Part shown: positions 35,773 to 41,869 of the stretch, piece after piece
Layout of the letters: each line of letters starts with the position of its first letter
Position numbering within the stretch: the first letter of the stretch is position 1
From: a virus
Lineage: Duplodnaviria > Caudoviricetes
IMG/VR virus record: IMGVR_UViG_3300037755_000507
Span: 1 to 41,869 of that record
Length of the DNA stretch: 41,869 bases
Strand: one strand, 5' to 3'
Translations under genes and position numbers: made by a program
Notes under the pieces: model-generated
The model's input: only the letters and a program-made list of their open reading frames with translations
Told to the model about the DNA's origin: nothing
Databases searched by the model: none

Positions 35773-35937
35773 ATGTCGAAGGCGAAGCGTAAGCCGCGGC
35801 CGAGTCACACGACGATTCGCGTCCGCGTGGAGGATGCCGACCTGCTGCGGCGACACCGCAGGGGAACCGGCCAGACGATATGCTCGGCTGTTGCCGATGC
35901 GTTGCGGAAGTTTTTCGGGAAGGCGAAGGCGAAATGA
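35773..35937 (+). CDS. Ribbon-helix-helix DNA-binding protein (54 aa, not in the ORF track)
   Basis: MSKAKRKPRPSHTTIRVRVEDADLLRRHRRGTGQTICSAVADALRKFFGKAKAK*. ATG sits at the predicted transcription start. Confidence 0.75.
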   Translation: MSKAKRKPRPSHTTIRVRVEDADLLRRHRRGTGQTICSAVADALRKFFGKAKAK

Positions 35938-36041
35938 ACGACGACTCTCGCGGCTTCGTCTGCGTGCTCGCCGTGGTCGTAGTGTTCGTCGGGATCGTGC
36001 TGCTTGGCCTGTGGGCTGCGGTGCGGTGGATGGGAGGCTGA
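35934..36041 (+). CDS. 35-aa single-TM microprotein
   Basis: MNDDSRGFVCVLAVVVVFVGIVLLGLWAAVRWMGG*; ATGA overlap. Confidence 0.75.
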   Translation: MNDDSRGFVCVLAVVVVFVGIVLLGLWAAVRWMGG

Positions 36042-36042
36042 C

Positions 36043-36144
36043 ATGGACATGTTCCCAGAGGACAAGGCTGATCTCCTGTGTATGGCTATGGTGCTGGCGT
36101 TTTTCTTCCTGTTTGGGCTGGCAGTAATACTGTTCGGAGGCTGA
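36043..36144 (+). CDS. 33-aa single-TM microprotein
   Basis: MDMFPEDKADLLCMAMVLAFFFLFGLAVILFGG*; GGAGG SD. Confidence 0.75.
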   Translation: MDMFPEDKADLLCMAMVLAFFFLFGLAVILFGG

Positions 36145-36145
36145 T

Positions 36146-36274
36146 ATGGACTGGGGATGGGAAGAGGTGCTTGTTTTCACAGCCGTTTCGCTGGTCCTGC
36201 TCTTTGCCGCCTCCATCGTGCTCGGCTCGTGTTCGTGCTCGGTGTGGCTGGCGAGACAGGCGATAGGAGGCTGA
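36146..36274 (+). CDS. 42-aa single-TM microprotein
   Basis: MDWGWEEVLVFTAVSLVLLFAASIVLGSCSCSVWLARQAIGG*; GGAGG SD. Confidence 0.75.
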   Translation: MDWGWEEVLVFTAVSLVLLFAASIVLGSCSCSVWLARQAIGG

Positions 36275-36275
36275 C

Positions 36276-36635
36276 ATGACGCTTGAAGAGAGACGTGCGG
36301 CGATAGTGGAGTCGGAGCGGCTGGCGGTGCTTGGGACGGTGGCGGTCGGGAATATCGAGATAGACACAGCGAGGGCGGCCGGCAGTATCCGCTACGTAGT
36401 CGTTCGCAACACTCACAACGGCAGCGAGGTGTCGGTCACAGACGATGACCTGCCAGCCCTGCGTGACGCCCTGATCGAGTTGTGCCCGCTGGGCGTGCCG
36501 GTAAAGACGGACATCCTGTGTCGGATGATCGACCTCGTTGAATCTATGGCGTTAGACGGGCTTGGACTTGACCTGCCTGAGTTTATTGACGAGGCCCGTG
36601 CCATCAAGGCCGAACTGGAGAAGAGCGATGCCTAA
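36276..36635 (+). CDS. Hypothetical protein
   Basis: GGAGG SD. Confidence 0.75.
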   Translation: MTLEERRAAIVESERLAVLGTVAVGNIEIDTARAAGSIRYVVVRNTHNGSEVSVTDDDLPALRDALIELCPLGVPVKTDILCRMIDLVESMALDGLGLDLPEFIDEARAIKAELEKSDA

Positions 36636-36885
36636 CTACAAATGCGTGTGCGGCGAGCCTGTGCCGCTGACCGACGACCTCATTTACCTGTGCTCGTACT
36701 GCGGCCGTTCGTTCCACCAGTCGAACCGGGAGCGAGACTACCGTCGCTGGATAACGGCGATGTCGATGGCGAACGGGATTCTGGCTGGCGCGTATCAAGA
36801 CATTGGAAGCATTGGTGCGTTGACCGGCGAATGCGTGCGGATGGCCGACTCCCTGCTGGCCCGGCTGGAGGATCGCGATGCCTGA
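36628..36885 (+). CDS. Zn-ribbon-containing hypothetical protein
   Basis: CVCG...CSYCG followed by RDY...AM...CVRMADSLLARL. Confidence 0.7.
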   Translation: MPNYKCVCGEPVPLTDDLIYLCSYCGRSFHQSNRERDYRRWITAMSMANGILAGAYQDIGSIGALTGECVRMADSLLARLEDRDA

Positions 36886-37057
36886 GCCGTTTGACCGGCC
36901 GTGGTCACAGGCGGTGCGGGACTTCCCGCCGCAACGGGGCGAGTCGCCTTTCGAGTGGGCACGTCGCATCTACGGCGAGAGCGACTGCGGCATGATCGGG
37001 TTTTGCGCCGCGACGGCGCTGATGATCGAGCGGGAGAAACGCGATGCAGCGACCTGA
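36878..37057 (+). CDS. 59-aa hypothetical protein, not in the ORF track
   Basis: GGAGG SD. MPEPFDRPWSQAVRDFPP...; fills the gap between neighbours. Confidence 0.6.
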   Translation: MPEPFDRPWSQAVRDFPPQRGESPFEWARRIYGESDCGMIGFCAATALMIEREKRDAAT

Positions 37058-37274
37058 CGAGATTCCCGAGCCGCCGCTGGCTCCGCCCGAGCGTGAGCCG
37101 TGGACGGGCTGGATACAGGTCGTGGCGACTGTTGTCCTCTCGGTCGAGGTTCCGCGCGACGCGAGCTTGGTCGACGCGGAGCACGCCCTGGAATGGGCAA
37201 AGCGTGAGGTTGAGAATGACACGTCGATGCTGCTGGACGGCTCGTACAGCGGCATGACGGCGGAAGTTGAGTAA
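37044..37274 (+). CDS. Hypothetical protein
   Basis: GGAG SD, overlap with upstream gene. Confidence 0.65.
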   Translation: MQRPDEIPEPPLAPPEREPWTGWIQVVATVVLSVEVPRDASLVDAEHALEWAKREVENDTSMLLDGSYSGMTAEVE

Positions 37275-37288
37275 TAGGAGTATGCGAA

Positions 37289-37569
37289 ATGGAGTCAGCT
37301 ATGAACTATGTGATCGTCCGTACGTATTCTGCCGGCGTGTTTGCCGGGTACATCAAGTCGCGCGAGGGGAAGGAGGTTGTACTGACCAACGCCCGGCGAC
37401 TATGGTACTGGGCAGGCGCCGCGTCGCTGTCTCAACTTGCCCAAAGCGGCACATCCAAGCCGACAGAGTGCAGGTTTCCAGAGAGCGTGGACGAGGTCAC
37501 TCTCACGGAAGCGATCGAGATTCTGTCCGTGACGGATGCCGCCAAGGCATCTATCGCAGGAGTGCCAGT

Positions 37570-37582
<13 letters not shown>
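37289..37582 (+). CDS. Sm-like phage protein (DUF6948-like)
   Basis: YVIVRTYSAGVFAG...LTNARRLWYWAGAASLSQLA is the characteristic motif (recall). Confidence 0.85.
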
Positions 37583-37800
<218 letters not shown>

Positions 37801-37906
37801 ACCATGCGGGCGCGTCGCCCGCCCCCCGCGGCTACACGATCCGGGCCGCGTGGGCACGAAATGCCCGCAGGAGGACAGCGGCGTCCGCCCCACGATACGG
37901 GGCACT

Positions 37907-38024
37907 GGAGAGGTGACGTAAATGGCAGCCGTCAATGCCCCCTATTGCACTCAGTGGGTGGCAGGTGTTTCGGTAGTAGTGCAGAAACGCCGACACCGTG
38001 CAGGTTCGAATCCTGCCCTCTCCG
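37907..38024 (+). ncRNA. tRNA-like RNA 1 (Ser/Leu-type body, extended anticodon arm)
   Basis: Acceptor GGAGAGG/CCTCTCC plus G; D arm ACG/CGT; T arm GCAGG-TTCGAAT-CCTGC; two long hairpins between; no CCA. Confidence 0.75.
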
Positions 38025-38027
38025 ATA

Positions 38028-38124
38028 GCGGCGGTAGCTCAGAGGCCAGACGTGGGGCTTTGCCCGACGGGGCAAGGTTTGAGCGCCCGGAAGGGAGACG
38101 CGGGTTCGATTCCCGCCCGCCGCA
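38028..38124 (+). ncRNA. tRNA-like RNA 2 (no anticodon loop, expanded D loop)
   Basis: Acceptor GCGGCGG/CCGCCGC plus A; D stem GCTC/GAGC around a 40-nt loop; CCC-GGAA-GGG in place of the anticodon arm; T arm GCGGG-TTCGATT-CCCGC. Confidence 0.8.
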
Positions 38125-38139
38125 TGAAAGGAGAATCGC

Positions 38140-38415
38140 ATGAGCGAATTGCAGAATGATCTCAAGCGGCAGTGTGCGGTAATCATCATCAAAGTCAACC
38201 AGCTTCTCGACAGCATCGAGAACATGCCGGTTCCCGAGCCGGCGGGCCACGACTGGGCGTGGGCGTGGGCGCAACCGGATGGAGCCAAGGTAAAGAGGCT
38301 GTCAACCTACAAAGTCTGGACACGCCAAGGCGGTCTGCTGCGGGACGACTACGGGAGCAGGATGATCGTTCACAGCGACTACCTCGACGCGACCGACTGG
38401 GTTCTGGCGGAGTGA
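38140..38415 (+). CDS. Hypothetical protein
   Basis: AAGGAG SD. C-terminal DYLDATDW resembles the DUF2829-like ending. Confidence 0.75.
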   Translation: MSELQNDLKRQCAVIIIKVNQLLDSIENMPVPEPAGHDWAWAWAQPDGAKVKRLSTYKVWTRQGGLLRDDYGSRMIVHSDYLDATDWVLAE

Positions 38416-38418
38416 AAC

Positions 38419-38517
38419 AGCCGACGCGGCGACGCTGTTCCAGGCAGTATTGCCATCAGACCTGACGGTGGTTCGCGCGAGATCGTCAGGGCGGGGTGAG
38501 AATCCCCGGCGTCGGCT
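38419..38517 (+). ncRNA. tRNA-like / T-loop RNA 3
   Basis: 9-bp closing stem AGCCGACGC/GCGTCGGCT directly adjoining a T-arm-like CGGGG-TGAGAAT-CCCCG; two internal hairpins; T tract after. Confidence 0.55.
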
Positions 38518-38534
38518 TTTTTTGGAGAATGACT

Positions 38535-39167
38535 ATGAATGATCAACTGACCGACATCACGATCGTATTGGACCGCAGCGGCTCGATGGAGTCTATCGCG
38601 GATGACACGAAGGGAGGGTTCGACCAGTTCGTCAAAGACCAGCAGGACGCTCCGGGGGCTTGCGTGCTCACGCTGGTCCAGTTCGACACCGAGTATGAGT
38701 TCGTCCACACAGCGAAACCGATCGCCGACGTTCCTCCCTTGGAGTTCCATCCGCGCGGCTCAACGGCTCTCTTGGATGCTTTCGGGCGGGCAATCGCGGA
38801 GACGGGCGAGCGAATCGAGAAGATGGCGGAATCTGAACGGCCCGGAAAGGTACTGTTCGTCGTGATCACCGATGGCCACGAGAACGCAAGCCGGGAGTTC
38901 ACAAAATCGGCAATTGCCGAGAAGGTGAAACACCAGTCCGAGAAGTACGGGTGGCAGTTCGTCTTTCTCGGCGCGAACATGGATGCGATTGCCGAGGGGG
39001 CCGGTTACGGCGTGGCTCGCGCGACATCGGCCACGTTTGCCCCATCCGGGCAGTGTGTTGCGGCCCTGTATGCTGCCACGTCACGGAATGTCCGGTCGTA
39101 CCGTTCGTCCGGCAAGTCGGCCGATTTGGAGTACACCGACACGGACCGTGCGAACGTTAGCAAGTGA
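38535..39167 (+). CDS. von Willebrand factor A domain protein
   Basis: MIDAS motifs VLDRSGSM, GSTALLDA and VITDGHEN. Confidence 0.93.
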   Translation: MNDQLTDITIVLDRSGSMESIADDTKGGFDQFVKDQQDAPGACVLTLVQFDTEYEFVHTAKPIADVPPLEFHPRGSTALLDAFGRAIAETGERIEKMAESERPGKVLFVVITDGHENASREFTKSAIAEKVKHQSEKYGWQFVFLGANMDAIAEGAGYGVARATSATFAPSGQCVAALYAATSRNVRSYRSSGKSADLEYTDTDRANVSK

Positions 39168-39182
39168 GCCGGCGTCGGATTT

Positions 39183-39365
39183 GGCGGCCAGCCGACTTTG
39201 ACTGTGTCCCCCACGGGGGGCATCCGGAGACTACCGGAGCGGCTGGCCGCCTGTGATCTGTTTTCGTGGAGAGCCGATGATCGGCGACGGAATGGCACGT
39301 CGTCCGGGAGGCAACATGTTGGATCCTGCCCCCGATAGAAGGGCCATGCGAGCATCGGAGGCAGG
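39183..39365 (+). ncRNA. Candidate structured RNA upstream of tRNA-like RNA 4
   Basis: Perfect 12-bp stem 39183-39194/39240-39251 enclosing two hairpins; second long stem 39325-39336/39354-39365. Confidence 0.55.
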
Positions 39366-39369
39366 CATA

Positions 39370-39441
39370 CGCGGCGTAGCTCAGAGGTAGAGCGCCGGCC
39401 CTTGTGGCCGGAGGTCGATGTATCGAAATCATCCGCCGCGA
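39370..39441 (+). tRNA. Atypical tRNA / tRNA-like RNA 4 (nominal TTG anticodon)
   Basis: 72-nt cloverleaf with acceptor CGCGGCG/CGCCGCG. Anticodon loop CCTTGTG lacks U33 and purine-37; T loop ATCGAAA with a T-T mismatch; no CCA. Confidence 0.65.
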
Positions 39442-39568
39442 ATGACAGGTGAACCGTGAGTGCCTCTGGCGCCCGTGTGGCCTTCTCAATCGTCGGGCCA
39501 CTCATCCAAGGGTCTCAGTCGCCCCGCCCCCGGCGACGCCGAACCACGGAGGGGGCTTGGAGCTAGCG

Positions 39569-39847
39569 ATGAAAAACTGCTGCAAGAATAGTACCACGCC
39601 GTTCTGCCCAGACTGTGGTGCCAACCTGACTGCTGACCCGCTCAGGTCGCTCCTGGCCCATGTCCGCAAAACAGCCAGAGTGGAAAGGCAGCAGGCCGAC
39701 TGCGTCCCAAACAGCAGGTCGCGAACGGCGTCAGCAGAGAAGTGGGAGCGCTGGGTGGACGCCTTGGCTGAGGCAATCGAGGTCGTTGGCCATTCTCGCG
39801 GGATGTCGCCCGAAACGACGGAGGGAGCTAGCGATGCGAGTGAGTGA
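39569..39847 (+). CDS. Zn-ribbon hypothetical protein
   Basis: GGAG SD. CC...FCPDCG. Confidence 0.7.
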   Translation: MKNCCKNSTTPFCPDCGANLTADPLRSLLAHVRKTARVERQQADCVPNSRSRTASAEKWERWVDALAEAIEVVGHSRGMSPETTEGASDASE

Positions 39848-40055
39848 CGCTGAGATCGACGCATTTGTGGTGGCCGGTCTTGAGCTTGCTGCCGACCTGC
39901 GCGACGAGCGGGCGGTGCGGCGGCGGCTCTGGGAGGCGGCCTTGGCGTACGCCCTGGAGCACGGCCCGGACGGGTTCCTCCGCGACAACCTGAACGACGC
40001 CCTGTCCGCCGCGAAGGCGCTTGACAGCCCCACCCCGAAAGGAGTTATCACATGA
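39834..40055 (+). CDS. Helical hypothetical protein
   Basis: GGAG SD. MRVSDAEID... Confidence 0.65.
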   Translation: MRVSDAEIDAFVVAGLELAADLRDERAVRRRLWEAALAYALEHGPDGFLRDNLNDALSAAKALDSPTPKGVIT

Positions 40056-40408
40056 AGAAGAGAATCGGATTGGAAGAGTCAATGATCCTTGCCGTTACTG
40101 TCGGCATCCTGCTGACTGGCGTGCTGGTGGCATCCGTCTGCCGTGGCCCGATGGCGTCCAGCGGCCAGCGGAGCGGCACGCTACAGAAGTTCTCCCACAA
40201 GGGGGCGATCTTCAAGACGTGGGAGGGCCAGATCGCTACGGGTGAGGGGTTCTCGACGTGGGCGTTCTCGGTGACGGACGAGTCTGTTGCCAAGAGCCTA
40301 TCCGGGATGGTCGGCGATCGCGTTACGGTGTCTTACGAACAGAAGCGATGGGTTGCGTGGTGGAATGCCAGCACGCCGTATCTGGTGTCCAGCGTTGAGG
40401 CGGAGTGA
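40052..40408 (+). CDS. Membrane-anchored conserved phage protein
   Basis: N-terminal TM followed by G.RSGTLQKFSHKGAIFKTWEG motif. Confidence 0.8.
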   Translation: MKKRIGLEESMILAVTVGILLTGVLVASVCRGPMASSGQRSGTLQKFSHKGAIFKTWEGQIATGEGFSTWAFSVTDESVAKSLSGMVGDRVTVSYEQKRWVAWWNASTPYLVSSVEAE

Positions 40409-40412
40409 CGCC

Positions 40413-40712
40413 ATGAGGGTCGGAGACGAAGAGCTTCGCCACGTTAAGACGGCCGCATATTTGTTGCTCGGGCTGGAAGAGTTGCGCCACCCACGCTACT
40501 CGAAGTCGTACCTGCTAGGCAAGATCGAGGCAGTGCTTCTCGATCTTGAAGAAACCCGCGCCACGCTGAGGCGGCTGGTGCGGGCGGTGGACTGGCAAGC
40601 TCGCACGCATACTCCGATGACTGCCAAGGAGATCGAGGAGCGGTGCGAAGCGAATGATGAGTACGCAGCCGCCCTCGCGGAAGCGAAGGCCGCGGTGGGA
40701 GAGAAGCACTGA
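40413..40712 (+). CDS. Helical hypothetical protein
   Basis: GGAG SD. MRVGDEELR... Confidence 0.7.
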   Translation: MRVGDEELRHVKTAAYLLLGLEELRHPRYSKSYLLGKIEAVLLDLEETRATLRRLVRAVDWQARTHTPMTAKEIEERCEANDEYAAALAEAKAAVGEKH

Positions 40713-40767
40713 TTAAATGCGACTACTGTGCTGCTGGCCGAGATCGGCGAGCCGCTGGAGGATGATC

Positions 40768-41049
40768 ATGGCGAATAGCTGCAAGCAGAAGGTGTACAAT
40801 GCCCGCGTCAGCATGTCCGACTGCGGCCGCAACGGGAAGATGAAGATTTGCGGCAAGTGGTATTGCCAGCGGCACGGTGCCGACCTGGCGCACAAGAAAT
40901 TGGTCGGCATGATGTCGTTGATCCGCAAGCTGGCGATCGACGGCCAGAATGGCTCAGCAACGCACGCGATGGACGTGCTACGCCGCATCAGGGAGCGTGC
41001 CGAGAATATGCTGGCTGCCGTTGGCGAGCCGCTGGAGGAGCCGAAGTGA
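40768..41049 (+). CDS. Cys/His zinc-finger hypothetical protein
   Basis: GGAGG SD. C...C...WYCQRH. Confidence 0.7.
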   Translation: MANSCKQKVYNARVSMSDCGRNGKMKICGKWYCQRHGADLAHKKLVGMMSLIRKLAIDGQNGSATHAMDVLRRIRERAENMLAAVGEPLEEPK

Positions 41050-41291
41050 GGACTGACGTGACAATCGACTGGCCCGAGAGCGTGCCGTGGGCGACGGCGG
41101 ACATGGCCCACTACCTTGGCGACTTGTGCGACGCAGTCATGCCAAACAACCACTTGCGTGAGGCATTGTACCAGCTTGCATTGTCCTACCTCAGCAGAAC
41201 ACGCACACCATGTGCTGATCAAACAAGGGCCGACGCCTTCAACTGGGCGTGCGAGCAGCTTGGATATACGGAGGATTATTATGGGAACTAA
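41046..41291 (+). CDS. Hypothetical protein
   Basis: GTGA overlap and GGAGG SD. Confidence 0.6.
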   Translation: MRTDVTIDWPESVPWATADMAHYLGDLCDAVMPNNHLREALYQLALSYLSRTRTPCADQTRADAFNWACEQLGYTEDYYGN

Positions 41292-41685
41292 CTACTACTG
41301 GCATCCGAAACCGCCATGTGCTGCCTGCGGGCGTGAGTTCGATCCGAAGCATATCGGGAAATCGCCTGCCGGCTGGACCTTCGCCCTGCATGTCGATGAC
41401 GAGGTGAAGTCGCTCGACGACTGGCGTGAACTGTGGGCTATCGACGGATCGATAATCAAGGACGAGTACGGCGACACCGTTTCGATCGAAGACATGCTCA
41501 AGGTGATTCTCGATCGGTCATGGGGTCGCGACGAGAAAATTACTCCGATGGGATATTCGTCATGGGACGAGTTCCACCGGATCAACGACTCATACCGCGG
41601 CCTGAATGGCCTGTTGCGACGCCGGCGGGCCGTGGTCCCGGACCCTGATGCTATGTACGAACTTGTGACTGGGGAGTTTTCGTAA
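41281..41685 (+). CDS. Conserved phage protein (MGTNYY...HIGKS.AGW.F family)
   Basis: GGAGG SD and a recurrent phage motif (recall). Confidence 0.85.
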   Translation: MGTNYYWHPKPPCAACGREFDPKHIGKSPAGWTFALHVDDEVKSLDDWRELWAIDGSIIKDEYGDTVSIEDMLKVILDRSWGRDEKITPMGYSSWDEFHRINDSYRGLNGLLRRRRAVVPDPDAMYELVTGEFS

Positions 41686-41869
41686 TGGTGTGGGTGATTG
41701 AGGGGCGATGGACGGGGCCGCACAGTCCTGCTGGTCAGTGGACAGCGTTTCAGCATCGCGAATACACGACCAGCAGGAAGTTCGCTGAGAAGGTGGAAGC
41801 GCTGGGGAGCATTCGGTTCACGGACGGCACTTCGCTGGTCCTGTCTGTCAGACAGAAGACTGAGAGGTC
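41685..41869 (+). CDS. Hypothetical protein, truncated by the window end
   Basis: TAATG overlap. MVWVIEGRWTG...IRFTDGTSLVLSVR stays open to the end. Confidence 0.65.
   Translation, partial: MVWVIEGRWTGPHSPAGQWTAFQHREYTTSRKFAEKVEALGSIRFTDGTSLVLSVRQKTER

Noticed and set aside
35934-36274. C-terminal Gly-Gly as a ubiquitin-like or bacteriocin double-glycine signal
   Set aside because: The GG codons are explained by the overlapping GGAGG SD; no beta-grasp fold, conjugation enzymes or peptidase transporter are seen.
38484-38515. FMN or cobalamin riboswitch (CAGGGCGGGGTGAGAATCCCC)
   Set aside because: Only the T-loop module resembles them; the remaining conserved domains are absent.
39370-39441. 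Canonical tRNA-Gln(TTG), or a downstream HDV-like theta ribozyme
   Set aside because: U33, purine-37 and the TTC T loop are missing, and I could not build an HDV-type nested pseudoknot 3' of it.

Overview
The whole window reads as part of a high-GC tailed dsDNA phage genome with a podovirus-type (short-tail) virion module. No host housekeeping genes, integrase, DNA polymerase, helicase or CRISPR array are visible, so the genome is probably incomplete. Layout: (1) 62-4404 (+): small genes, lipoproteins and membrane proteins that may form a lysis block, and a sigma-70-family factor with an N-terminal Cys4 extension. (2) 4328-7909 (-): small early-type genes joined by repeated leader and trailer sequences, including an RHH regulator. 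(3) About 7950-8990: divergent, largely non-coding control region with a sharp strand-composition inversion and a 28-bp dif/Xer-like site. (4) 9006-11794 (+): small hypothetical genes. (5) 11791-35587 (+): TerS candidate, TerL, several beta-rich genes inserted before the portal, portal, scaffold, major capsid, decoration, adaptor, fibre, nozzle and three large ejection-type proteins, closed by a terminator. (6) 35738-end (+): an operator-bearing promoter, a leaderless RHH gene, three tandem single-TM microproteins missing from the ORF track, many small genes and a vWA gene. The most unusual signal is a cluster of four tRNA-shaped RNAs at 37.9-39.4 kb, none with a canonical anticodon loop, set among other strongly base-paired non-coding RNA. 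All protein calls rest on motifs read by eye and on gene order; no database search was run. A Planctomycetota-like host is only a guess from recalled family resemblance.
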